A stretch of DNA of 64,000 nucleotides from contig OZ024744.1 of NCBI GenBank assembly GCA_964016885.1, positions 78,244,001-78,308,000 on the forward strand. The letters run 5' to 3'. A model generated the notes under the pieces. It saw only the letters and a program-made list of their open reading frames with translations. It was not told where the DNA came from and did no database searches. Origin of the DNA: Eledone cirrhosa (lineage: Eukaryota). How positions within the stretch are numbered: the stretch's first letter is position 1; every line of letters starts with the position of its first letter. This document shows, piece after piece, positions 48,590-60,319 of this stretch. A program made the position numbers and the translations under genes.

Positions 48590-48860
48590 TAAAGTCTGTC
48601 TCAAGCCCGGGGGCTCACCAGGTTGGTGCTTATCCATGGCATTAAGTGACTGAGAGTACGATACTCCCCCCTGGACAGGACGCCAGATCATTGCAGGGTT
48701 AAACTCCAAGCTATAGCTGGTACTCATTTTCAGTTGAGTATACTAGAACAACATGAAATGAAGTGTTTTGCTCAAGAACACAACACACAAGCCAGACAAG
48801 GAACTGAACTCACAACGTTATGGTCATAAGTTCAACACCCTAACCACTAGGCCACGTGCT
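48590..48860 (-). mobile_element. tRNA-derived SINE
   Basis: Minus strand gtggcctagtggttagggtg..gtgagttcagttcc..tgtgttcttgagcaaaacactt. Confidence 0.75.
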
Positions 48861-49155
48861 TCTAGATGTAAACAGATATCATGATTAGGTACTATTTAAC
48901 TGATAATTGATTTATTAGCTTGCAGTGTTAAACCCAGATCATAGCCATATGAATAGTTATATCAGCACCTATATACTTTCTCAATTTATCTTCTATTCCT
49001 TCTCAATATATTTTGAAAATGTGCCTGGCTTTGAATATTCCATTCATTGCATCCCTTTTGCAATACCACTGCTTTATAAATTATTTCTTTTTAAAAACAT
49101 TTTGGATATGTACTTAGCCAAATTCTTAAGCACTGAGAATATTTATATATATATA

Positions 49156-49565
49156 TCATCCTCATCATCATCATCATCATCATCACCGTTTTACGTCCAT
49201 TCTTCCATGCTAGCATGGGTTAGATGAGCTGTCCTGTTGTGGGCAAGGCTAGGTCAGGTGTCCATGTCTTGCTCATACAGAACTGATTTTGGCTTGCTTT
49301 CTACAGCTGGATGCCCTTCCTAACACCAACCTCTTTTACAGTGAGTACTGGGTGCTTTTTACCATGGCGCCTAAACGACCACTTTACAGTGTGGACTTGG
49401 TGCTTTTTGTCGTGACACCTACCCGACCATTTTACAGTGTGGACTGGATGATTTTTTGTCATGACACCTACATAATCACCATTTAATAACAGTGGGAGAG
49501 GGGTGTATACTATCTATATGCTTCAGCTTTGGCTTGTACTCGTGGGAAGTCAGGTCTTCTGTATT
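49156..49565 (-). mobile_element. RTE 3' UTR fragment
   Basis: (cat)n tail, with the UTR matching 8965-9387. Confidence 0.85.
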
Positions 49566-49578
49566 ATATATATATATA

Positions 49579-49617
<39 letters not shown>

Positions 49618-49980
49618 ATAGTAATAATAATAAATTTGAAGACTAAAATCCAAAGAGGGCTCGATAAGGATAAATATATATCAAATATATAAGAACCGTA
49701 GAGCAAATGTGTGTGTGTGTGTGTGTGTGTGCGTGTGCGTGTGCGTGTGTGTGTGTGTATGGTAATATTGGGGTTTTCCAATATAGATCCATTGTAGTTT
49801 CTGTTGTAGTTTCTGTGCAGACAGTTAGGCTATGGCTGCAAAAAAGTAGAATTAAAATTATGTTTTAAGAATAACTTAGTTATTCTCTCTCCATTTATAT
49901 AGAGAACATTAAGAAGCCAGAGAGAGTATGAATGTAGGTGGGAAGCCTGGAATTCACACTTATAGATTATATATATATAT

Positions 49981-51300
49981 ATATGCAGACGACCTAACAC
50001 TCATAGCTGAATCAATGGCCGAACTAGAGAAGAAATTCCAAACATGGAAGCACGGCCTAGAATTAAAAGGCCTTAAAATTAACCTGGCTAAGACTAAAGT
50101 TCTAGTTTGTAAGAAAGAAAATAAGGCGGTGGTCCCTTCCGGGAAGTGGCCATGCTCAGTGTGTAGGAAAGGCGTAGGTAGAAACTCCATTTTATGTCCC
50201 AAATGCAAAGTATGGGTGCATAAAAGATGTAGTGGGATCACAGGTAAGCTAACTAAGAACATAGATTTTACATGTGGCCGGTGCTCTGGTGCAATAAGTA
50301 GCAGCAAGTGCCCATAAAATACTAGTTCTTTCAATTGCACAGAGGGTTCTATAGAAATAGTGGACAGCTTCCGTTACCTGGGTGACAAAATCAGCAGTGG
50401 GGGAGGGTGCTCTGAAAGTACAGTAGCTAGAGTCAGAACTGGATGGAAAAAGTTCAGAGAGCTTATACCACTATTAGCCGCTAAAGGGTTCTCCCTAAAA
50501 ATGAAAGGCAGGTTGTATGATGCCTGCATATGAACAGCAATGTTGCATGGCAGTGAGACCTGGGCATTGTGTGCAGAGGATATACGTAGACTAGAGAGGA
50601 ACGAAGCTTGCATGCTCCGCTGGATGTGTAATAGTAATATACGTGAACGGCAAAGCATAAACGAACTAAGGAAAAAATTAGAAATAAGAGGGATCAGATG
50701 TTGTTTACTCAAGAGAAGGCTACGTTGGTATGGTCACGTGATGCGCATGAAAGACGATAGCTTTATAACAAAGTGCAGGGCAATAAAGATAGACGGTAGC
50801 CACGGAGTAGGCAGACCCAGAAAAACCTGGGACGAGCTGATAAATTCCGACCTCACACACTTACACCTCTCCAAGACAATGTCACTGGACCGAGACCTAT
50901 GGCGGTACTCAGTAATAGAGAAGACCCGCCTTACCTAAATACAAAGTAAAACCTACTACAGTCAGTAGGCATCTCTAACAAAACACACCCACCCCTTTCA
51001 ATGTAAAGTTATGTTGGTGCCACAACATCCAGGCCGAAACAAATGAGATCGTGTAGGTGTCACGACAAAAAACACACAGTCCACGCTGTAATGTGGCCGT
51101 GTAGGCAACACGGTAAAAACCTCCCAGCCCCACACTGTAAATGTGGTTGGTGTTAGGAAGGGTATCCAGCTGTAGAAAACCCGCCAGAAAGTCCTATGCG
51201 AGCAATGACAACCACTCTTGCCTCAAGTGGGAAAACTCCCGTCCAAACCCATGCAAGCATGGAACATGGACGTTAAACGATGATGATTATGATGATGATG
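49981..51300 (+). mobile_element. 5'-truncated RTE LINE (from YADD onward)
   Basis: [42 protein letters not shown], followed by the UTR and (GAT)n tail. Confidence 0.95.
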
Positions 51301-51304
51301 AATC

Positions 51305-51600
51305 TACAAGTGTGAATTCCAGGCACACATACATCGAGGCTACATCCACAACTTTCAAGGCCCGTTACTACAACTACAAGAGTACCTTCAATGATAGGAA
51401 CAAGTGATCGTGCACCAGACTGGCAGGTTTTGTATGGAGACTCAAGAACTCGCAAACCGGGTTCAGGTTATACTGGAGTTTGGTCAAACATGCAACACCT
51501 CAATCTCCAGCCCAGAGCAAGTACCGGTTTTGTATTGCCAAAGCCGTGAAGATCACCAAATTAAAAAGACCAAGTGAACCTGAATTCCAAAATATTGCTG
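51305..51600 (+). pseudogene. Naiad-like PLE GIY-YIG remnant
   Basis: HTYIEATSTTFKARYYNYKSTFN.. then TRLAGFVWRLK, collinear with YISSTSNTFKTRFNSH..TSLAHHIWDLK in the 57-kb ORF. Confidence 0.6.
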
Positions 51601-52399
51601 AGAAACACAATATTCTCAGCCCTATCATTCAGGCATACCAGCCCAACAAATGCTAACTACCAATAACGGACTACCCCAAGCAAGTAATATTGTTTCAATC
51701 CATTTCACTTCATATATATGCTTTATTCCTATATTCACCTTATTCATCAACCCCAAACGATCCCTTTACATGTATCTCACTTAACTCCAGCTTCATCATC
51801 AACATATCATCATCATCAACATCATCGACTAACATCCATCTTCCACGCTAGCATGGGTTACATGGGTCCCATTTAGAGGCAAGTTGGGTCCCGGTGACCG
51901 TGTCTCGCTTATATAGGGGTGTTTCTGGCTGGTTTTCTACAGCTGGATGACATTCCTAACGCCAACTACTTTATTCACATCATTCTATTTCACCTTATTT
52001 CATTTCATTTTATTCCTTTCCATTTCATTTCTCCTAATTCAAAACAGCTCCATTCCTAAAACACCAAAATTTAAATACTAATTCTCCCGCTAATCATCTT
52101 CAACCTCACCATCTCCACCGTCATCATCTCACTCGTCTTAACCACCTTCTCCCTCTTCATCTTCTACTATACTATCACCATCATCATCATCATCCCAATC
52201 ATATTCACCATAAACAACACAACCACCAACTTCTTCTTCTTCTCCCCCTCCCCCTCCTCCTCCTCCTCTTTTATGTGCTTACCATTATTCTTCATAGAAA
52301 TATGGCATTACCTGTCATTCTTGTCCGTATTATACATATCTTAGTGTAGTAAATGTAAATATATTGTCTTATTTTGGTAAATGTAATGTACAGTATCTT

Positions 52400-52745
52400 A
52401 AATGATAAACATATGTATGCCATACATATGAAATAAATATAAGTATGACATGTCTTATGCAATAAGTATGATATGTCTCATGTAGTAAATGTAAGCTTGT
52501 CATGTTGTATGTGATAAATATATACAGGAGAGGTTTTAATACTGAATGTTAGTACACTGCCTTGTAATAAATGTATGACATGTCTTAGGTAATAAATATA
52601 TCTATGACATGTCTCATCGTAATAAATGTATGTATAATGTTTCATTTAATAAATGTGAGCATGACATATTTTATGTAATAAATGTATGACATGTCTTATG
52701 TAATAAATGTAAGTATGACATGTCTTATGTAATAAATATATGTGT
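52400..52745. repeat. Diverged minisatellite, about 26-30-bp unit atgacatgtcttatgtaataaatgta
   Basis: Directly visible. Confidence 0.8.
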
Positions 52746-52790
52746 ATGTGTAAGTTTGAGGGTTACACCAATGCATCTCATCCTGTTTAA

Positions 52791-52990
52791 CCCTTTAGCA
52801 TTTAAACCATCTGGCCAGAATTCTCTCATCTCTTTCTGTTCAAACTGACCATAACCGACCACTCATACTGGCATTAAGGTATTGTTCTCAACATAAATAT
52901 CAAAATCTCATAGATTCAATGTTATGTGAGATAAAGTCTTTACCAGGAAAATACAATAGTAAATATAGAGTAATGTAAATGCTAAATGAT
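52791..52990. mobile_element. piggyBac-like MITE
   Basis: TTAA|CCCTTTAGCATTTAAACC. It is the reverse complement of 62783-62992. Confidence 0.7.
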
Positions 52991-53124
52991 TTTGTTGGGC
53001 TATTTCCAGAATGTTCTAGTATTTATCCTGATGTTTTTGAATGCTTAGATTCGCTATGGAGAGATTACACAATTAACAATCTTATTGTTTACAATCCTTA
53101 GTGACATTAAAATTATTTTGTCAG

Positions 53125-53300
53125 GTTTCTAACAAGGCCAGCAATTATCGCAGTAGATTACTGGTACTTTATTTTATCGACCCCGTAAGGATGAAAGGCA
53201 AAGTTAACTTCGGTGGGATTTGAACTCACACCATAAAGGGGCATAACTCTATGCTACAAAGCATGGCGTTCGACCTTCTACTGATACTGCCAACCCCCCA
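53125..53300 (-). mobile_element. SINE (same family as 8115-8325)
   Basis: ctggtactttattttatcgacccc..ggatttgaactca. Confidence 0.75.
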
Positions 53301-53560
53301 CCCTAAAATAGTAATAATAAGAAAAAAAATAGTGCAGCAATGAGGAACTGATGTTGTTCAGAATTCTGGAACTCTCTGTTATGTGTAATCAGTCAAGTCA
53401 ATGAATGACTGACTGCACTAAATGAGTCATAGAAAAATTTGATAAATTGACAGAGATATATATCTCTCTGAGGTTGAAATCAGTGTCACATAGTCATTCA
53501 GTTGTCACATACATATATATGTGCATATGTTCCATTCATAAGGATTTATAGTAAGATTGA

Positions 53561-53594
<34 letters not shown>

Positions 53595-53706
53595 CAAAGA
53601 AAGTGTGGTAAGGAACCAGGTGGGCCATAATGCACCAGAGTACTCGATATTTAGGGTAGTAGAGTGGGTAATAGGAAAAGAGTCAGGACCACGACGGCTG
53701 CTCTTT

Positions 53707-53769
<63 letters not shown>

Positions 53770-53772
<3 letters not shown>

Positions 53773-53985
53773 CAATATATTAATAAATAGAAACTATATT
53801 TATAAAACCATAATTATTTTATTATATATATTTCAAGGGCAACCTAGGTAGATTATGGTGCGCTTTCATCAGATAATTTTATCTGATGAAAGCATCCCAT
53901 AATCTACCTTGGTTGCCCTTGAAATATATATAATAAAATAATTATGGTTTTATAAATATAGTTTCCATTTATTAATATATTGTAT
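53770..53985. ncRNA. Fold-back palindrome with two divergent hammerheads
   Basis: Centre ..TCATCAGataa tt ttatCTGATGA.. at about 53877. Each arm reads TTAT CTGATGA AAG..CTT GAAA TATATA TA ATAA. Confidence 0.75.
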
Positions 53986-54180
53986 ATTTACTCCACTAAT
54001 CTGTTGAGTGCTTTATATCAGTTATAAAAAATGTTTAAGCTTGTTGAATCCCAACAAATTAAATATAACCTCTGCATATATATATATATTTATATATATA
54101 AGTTCTGGGTTCAATTGGGGGTAACCAGAGTAAGTAAGGTACTCAACACATTAGTGGAGTGTATACAATAAAATTAATAT

Positions 54181-54290
54181 AGAAATGGCTTCTACAGGGT
54201 TAAAACTGTTTCATTCGAAGGAAATCATCAGGAAAGCCCTGATGATTTCCTTTGAATGAAACAGTTCTAGTCATGTAGAAGCTAAATTTC
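54181..54290. ncRNA. Fold-back palindrome with two divergent hammerheads (family of 20857/29286)
   Basis: TCATCAG (54225-54231), gaaagcc, then CTGATGA (54239-54245). Both arms continue tttcctt.gaat GAAACAG...TGTA GAAGC. Confidence 0.7.
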
Positions 54291-54306
54291 TCTCTATATA
54301 TATGTG

Positions 54307-54374
<68 letters not shown>

Positions 54375-54520
54375 AATTAAAATACTAGAGTGTGTTGGAG
54401 TTAAACACCCTCTTCATATTATAGAAATGACAGTAAAGATATAGCTCAATGTAATTAAACAGAGCCGAAGAATTATGAAAATAAACCAAAGAAGCCTTCA
54501 ATACATCAAAAGTCTTTATT

Positions 54521-54560
54521 AGCCAACAATGTTTCGTCCTATTAAGGACTCATCAGGGCA
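54521..54560 (-). ncRNA. Type I hammerhead in the Naiad-like 3' pLTR
   Basis: Minus strand: TGCC CTGATGA GTCCT taat AGGAC GAAA C att GTT GGC. Confidence 0.85.
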
Positions 54561-55001
54561 AGTAAAGCTATAATAAGCACTATCAGCCAATACAAGCCAA
54601 AAACTCAGAAGAATATGGAGTATACATACATTAAAGCATAGGAAAATTATCAAAGAAGTGAATAACATTTTGAACCATATTACAAATATAGTACAATGCA
54701 AAAACTAAAACTAAACACAAGTGGTGATATAAAGCGAGAATTACAGTACGATATATAATATAATATATAATATAATATAATATAATTGATAATGATAATA
54801 ATAATAATATTAAAAGGCCCAATATACATATATATATATATAGTATTAGTTATACTATCTATGGTTATGTAAATACAAAACCTTAAGCAGTTATAAGTAT
54901 TTTACATACACCCTAAATAGTGGTAGGCAGTAATGTATTACTACTTTATTACCAGTAAGTTAAGTAGCTCAATGTAAAAACATCAGATGATTTACAGAGC
55001 A

Positions 55002-55287
55002 ATATGAGATATAAGAATCAAAGAACTGTTCAAAACATTATTGTGCTTACAGCTGTTTCCTCCAAACCGAGGTTTGGATTCTTCGGAGCAATTTATTAAT
55101 GCATGGACAGTTATATGACCTCCTTTTCAGCCGAGAGACATACCGGTATGTCTCTCGGCTGAAAAGGAGGTCATATAACTGTCCATGCATTAATAAATTG
55201 CTCCGAAGAATCCAAACCTCGGTTTGGAGGAAACAGCTGTAAGCACAATAATGTTTTGAACAGTTCTTTGATTCTTATATCTCATAT
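55002..55287. ncRNA. 286-bp palindrome with two divergent variant-core hammerheads (55044-55090 minus, 55199-55245 plus)
   Basis: The 143-bp arms meet at TACC|GGTA (55144/55145) with no loop, and I see no mismatch between them. Confidence 0.85.
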
Positions 55288-56711
55288 ATATATATATATA
55301 TATATACATATGTACACATATATCTATATATATCAATACACATATCCATCAATACAAACACAAACTAACACTTATTAAGAGTTTAAATATAAATATAATA
55401 CATATATTATTTACAGTATAAAATGATAAAGAAATGAATAAAAATAAACATATAATATATAATATACTATATAATTATATAATTTATAATTTATAATCTT
55501 GCACAAACAATATAAATATTACAATAACACTATAATAACAATATTATAATATATTGGCATATAACTTAACAAATCATATAAAGTTACACACAGGGTGAGA
55601 AAAAAAAATATCATACAGAACTAAATTGTGTTGAAAAAATTGTGCTGGAAAAATATCTATACCATTGTAAGAAAACAGACGGAGGTTGAGTATTTATACA
55701 ATTGGTATAAAATAAATATTATCTAAACATTATAAAAATTATAAAAATATAAACATATTACAGAATTTACAAAATTTAACATAAGGGTACATCGAATAAT
55801 CGGTAAATATTTAAGATCTATAATACGATTACATAAAATGATATGATATAACAACTTCAATATCAAATAACAAACATAGTATAGTATACATAATTACATG
55901 GTTGGTAGACAGACATATGTGAAAAAGTGAACAAGAACCAGACAGAAACTACGCACGGTAGTGCAAAAAATATAAATAAAATCAACCGGAGATCGAAAAA
56001 CAAAAACAAAAACATTTACTTAGGTGTCACAAGCAGTTAAGTAAAAAAATTAGGAATCAAACCCGGATAAATGACTAGAAAACCTTATTAAATTAATTTA
56101 ATATTGAAAGTATTTAAAATACATAATAAGTCAATACAAAATTAGCTATGGTTTAAGTAATCAAAATCTCTAAAGTTTAAGATATCTCAATAAAAATATC
56201 CAGAATAGAATGAAATATTCTACTTTCAGTTGAATAACGTTATCTAATAAACGGACCTTAAATAGAGCTATGGTAGGCCAATGGGGACAGAAAAAAGAAA
56301 GGTATGGAGGATACGAAGGAGCATAAAATCATAATCAATATACTGTATAATACAATAGAAAGGAGCATAAAAGGGAATTGAATATAATTATAGTATAGTT
56401 GAAGGGGCGAATGACAAGTGTGTGTGTGTGTGGGGGGGGGGGGTTAATTATCTAAATGAGAATCCAAATAAAATAAAATAAAATAAAATAAAATAAAATA
56501 AAATAAAATAAAATAAAATAAAATATATAATCAGATATAAACTCATAAGGTGTTAATAGTGAAAATATAATATTTAAGAAGATAGATATGGTATGGTAGC
56601 CAAAAGACTATGAAAGCTAGATCGAAAAGCTGTTAAAAACCAATAATAATAATGATAATGATGGTGGTAAACAAAATGAACCTAAACAAAAAAGATAAGG
56701 GAATATAGCAG

Positions 56712-59399
56712 CTAATGGATACAATTTACACAACCAGAACTTTTAGGTTTAAAATAAAAGTAAGAATTAGAAATGGCGTGGGGGCAGGAAGAAAATATTT
56801 CAGACTTTCTATTAAGTAAGAGTTCCCTAGAGAAAATTATAGAGTGGGTCTCAAGGATACAGAGATTTCAGAATTTAGCGTGTGTTGATAGGTTATTAGA
56901 GCGTGCTACTATTCGCCAATTAAGGCTATATGGTATATTAGCCCCCTTAAGATCCCAGATATGGTGTGCTAAAGAAGTAGAATTCTTAAACTTAACATGT
57001 TTAAAATTAGAGATATGAGAATTAAACCTAGTCTTAAAAGTGTTAGATGTTGAGCTTATATATGTGCTATTAGAGGAATTAGTTTTAACTACACAAGCAT
57101 AAACAATATTCCTAGAGAGGCAGTTACCGTTTAAAGGGCAGTTAACACTCACTCTACAGTTACACTTCCGGGTGCTATTGATCGGCTGAAGTAGTGATGC
57201 ATCACTCGTAGGGTTACTCTGAGATAAGGTCTGCTCAGGTGGCAAGGCATTTATGGATCTATCCAGACTAGTAGTACGCAGAGAGGAGTAGCCGTCCCTA
57301 ATTTTCCTATTGTTAGTGCTAGCTAAATGAGAACTAATATTAGGGGTGGTAGAGAATGATAGTTTAATTACATTTTTATTAAAAATACCATGGTATTTAT
57401 TAGTAGGAGGGAAATTTTTCTTTAAGATAGAAAAGAAAGACCTAGGGATGTTAGTTAATACTTCCTGATCATATGGCGGGTTAAAATAAGTATTTAGTCT
57501 CCTTCTATTTCTATCCTTACCAACTCTACCGTTATCTAATATCACCTTATTAAGATTTGGGTTACTACAAGGACTAGTTAAAACCACATTATTAGAATCA
57601 GCCGAAACCCCATTGAGTCTCCTTCTGTTTCTACCTTTAGTATATCTGCTGCTATCTGGAATCATATCAAAAGGATTAGGGCTAATAATAGGATCAGTAG
57701 AAACAACACTATTAGAATTAGATTTAGCAAAAGCATTACCACTGAGTGAGCGCTCAGAGCGCCCAACTTGATCCCTAGAACTATTAGATTCCCTATTACG
57801 AATCTGGTGGCTTAATGTATGGATGGGTTCGGATACACCTATGTGATTTCTACGATTCTTATGCTTTCTACTCCCATTCATGGCCATATTATGGGATATT
57901 ATGTTATTATTATTATATGTAAGCGGAGACTTTCTAAGGTTACTATTATTATAATGTAATTTACCAGAGTAACCGGAGTTAGCTAGGGCATTATTATAGT
58001 ACTCTGTATGTGCATTAAATATTCCTATGTCCTTAGAGAGTGTGGAAATTCTATTAGATACACCATTAATTATAGAGCTTATCATAGATTTGGGGTGGTT
58101 AGAATTGGGACTAACATAAGAGAGTATTTCATTAGGCTTATGGAAGAGTTTAAAACTATTAGTGACCAAGTCCAAAGTCACATCTAAAAAGTTGACCGCT
58201 CTATCATTTCTATCCATCGTGATCGAAAGGTTAAAGCTTTTAAAAGATTTATAAAGTTTCTTCCTATTATGCTCGATGTTATTGGTGCTGGAGTTAATCA
58301 CAAACAATGCATCGTCACGATAAAGTCTGCCTTTAAGGTGCAGAAAGGTAACATACAGTTCATTTAGGAGGAACAGCCCAATAAGATCAGTTACCTGGGC
58401 CGAATCACTCGAACCCATTGTAACGTCGAAATTATTGGGCGTGTTTTTACGAGTCCAAAATGTATCCTCGAAATTGATGATAGTTCTACGGGCTGATAGT
58501 ATAATATCTACCTGCGATCGTGTAAGGCTAGACACTCTCATGGCCATAATTAAGGCTTTATTAAGGAGGATAGGTGAAATCGATGTGTAATAGGCATCAA
58601 TATCAAACTGGATAAACCTACTAGATTCAAGTTTATTAATACCAGAGAATCAATCTATAACCTCCTGAGTGTTCCCCCATAGATTAAAATTAACCTTCTC
58701 CCTAACGGCTGGTATAATAAGGTCAAGGATTTTCTTACTAATTATAGCTATATCAGACTTAGAAGGACAGATGAGTCTAACAGAGGGATTACTAATGAAG
58801 TCTACCTTATGACCCTTAAGAGTGAATCTCGGTTCCCTAGGGTAATATGGCTGGGTATACTTATCAAGGCCAAGGTCCGAGACTATCTTAAGACCCTCAT
58901 TATTGATATGATCCAAATTATCTTGCGTAGTCTTTTTATAATTTCTATGCAGCTCCTTATAAATAAAATTACGGTAAGCACTGTAATCCATAGAGTATAG
59001 ATTCTTAGTCTTATCAGCCGGGACAAGAATAGACTTATTCGCTCTAAAATCCTTAACAATATTTTTAAGTCTAGACTGGAACCTGTCAAACTTATTATAA
59101 TTTCCATGTCTATTATATGGCCTATACTTAATATTTTTGACAAGGGAAAGTAAATCATTTTCAAAATTATCTATTAGAACATTATGTGGTGGGCTCTTAT
59201 AAGTTTTGAAGCCAAAGTTATTGAAAGGAGTTCTATGCCTGGGGTCAGTCCTATTCCTATTAATATCAAAGTGGAAAGCACGCCATCTAATCCTTTTTAC
59301 GAAGGAGTTAACACTAGCAATTAAGAGTTTTTCATAAGTATTTCTAGAGGGGATGGGAATGTTCTTCAGAGATAAAGGCAGGTAGCTCTTTGTTAGCAT
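56712..59399 (-). pseudogene. Naiad-like PLE RT-GIY-YIG polyprotein (about 895 codons, one frame, two in-frame TGA)
   Basis: SLKNIPIP..KRIRWRA, PADKT.N.Y, RLICPSKS, FIQFDIDAYYTSI, FDVTMGS.D.A, YRDD, VNFLDVTLDL, FNPPY, CNCR...CPLNGNC, IVY..YIS..TFKTRF.H, *NLC..E..LLN.K.E..CPH. The two listed ORFs are in the same frame. Confidence 0.9.
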
Positions 59400-59651
59400 A
59401 CTGTCAGATATATATAAAGGCCAAAATACCAGTATATAGGAGGAAGCTCAACCAATCGGGAGCCGTAACAAGAATTAAAATACTAGAGTGTGTTGGAGTT
59501 AAACACCCTCTTCATATTATAGAAATGACAGTAAAATGTTATTCACTTCCTTAGCAATTTTTACTTGATAATTTTCCTATGCTTTAATGTATGTATACTC
59601 CATATTCTTCTGAGTTTTTGGCTTGTATTGGCCGATAGTTATAGCTTTACT

Positions 59652-59691
59652 TGCCCTGATGAGTCCTTAATAGGACGAAACATTGTTGGCT
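59652..59691 (+). ncRNA. Type I hammerhead in the inverted 5' pLTR segment
   Basis: TGCC CTGATGA GTCCT taat AGGAC GAAA C att GTT GGC. Confidence 0.85.
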
Positions 59692-59932
59692 AATAAAGAC
59701 TTTTGATGTATTGAAGGTTTCTTTGGTTTATTTTCATAATATATATATATATAATATATAGAGAAGAAAACATGAAAGAGTATGTTTTCAATTACAGAGG
59801 GTAGAAAGCCACTAGAGAGAAAAACAAAATCTACGAAAAATATGGGAAATACATTATAATTAAAGAGATAAATTAAAATGCATAAACCCACCTTTATAAT
59901 GTTGTTTCATTTGATATATATATATGCGCGTG

Positions 59933-59996
<64 letters not shown>

Positions 59997-60039
59997 CATA
60001 TACTTTGTTTCGTCCGCGGATGGCTAACATAACCCTCCG

Positions 60040-60319
60040 CGCCATCCAGGCCGAAACAAATGAGATCGTGTAGGTGTCACGACAAAAAAACACACAGTCC
60101 ACGCTGTAATGTGGCCGTGTAGGCAACACGGTAAAAACCTCCCAGACCCACACTGTAAATGTGGTTGGTGTTAGGAAGGGCATCCAACTGTAGAAAACCT
60201 GCCAGACAGTCCTATGCGAGCAAGACAATCACTCTTGCCTCAAGTGGGACTACCCCCGTCCAAACCCATGCAAGCGTGGAACACGGACGTTAAACGTTGA
60301 TGATGATGATGATGATGAT
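60040..60319 (+). mobile_element. RTE 3' UTR fragment
   Basis: Matches 51025-51300 and ends in a (GAT)n tail. Confidence 0.85.

Larger units (their letters stand above)
54373..59740 (-). mobile_element. Nearly intact Naiad-like Penelope retroelement with direct and inverted pLTR segments
   Basis: A 65-bp direct repeat (54373-54437 / 59471-59535), an inverted copy of 54472-54670 at 59536-59740, a hammerhead in both pLTR copies, and a single reading frame. Both ends abut (TA)n. Confidence 0.9.

Noticed and set aside
58650-58652. First in-frame TGA of the Naiad-like ORF as selenocysteine
   Set aside because: The VID*F context points to a Trp (TGG to TGA) nonsense mutation, not a Cys position.
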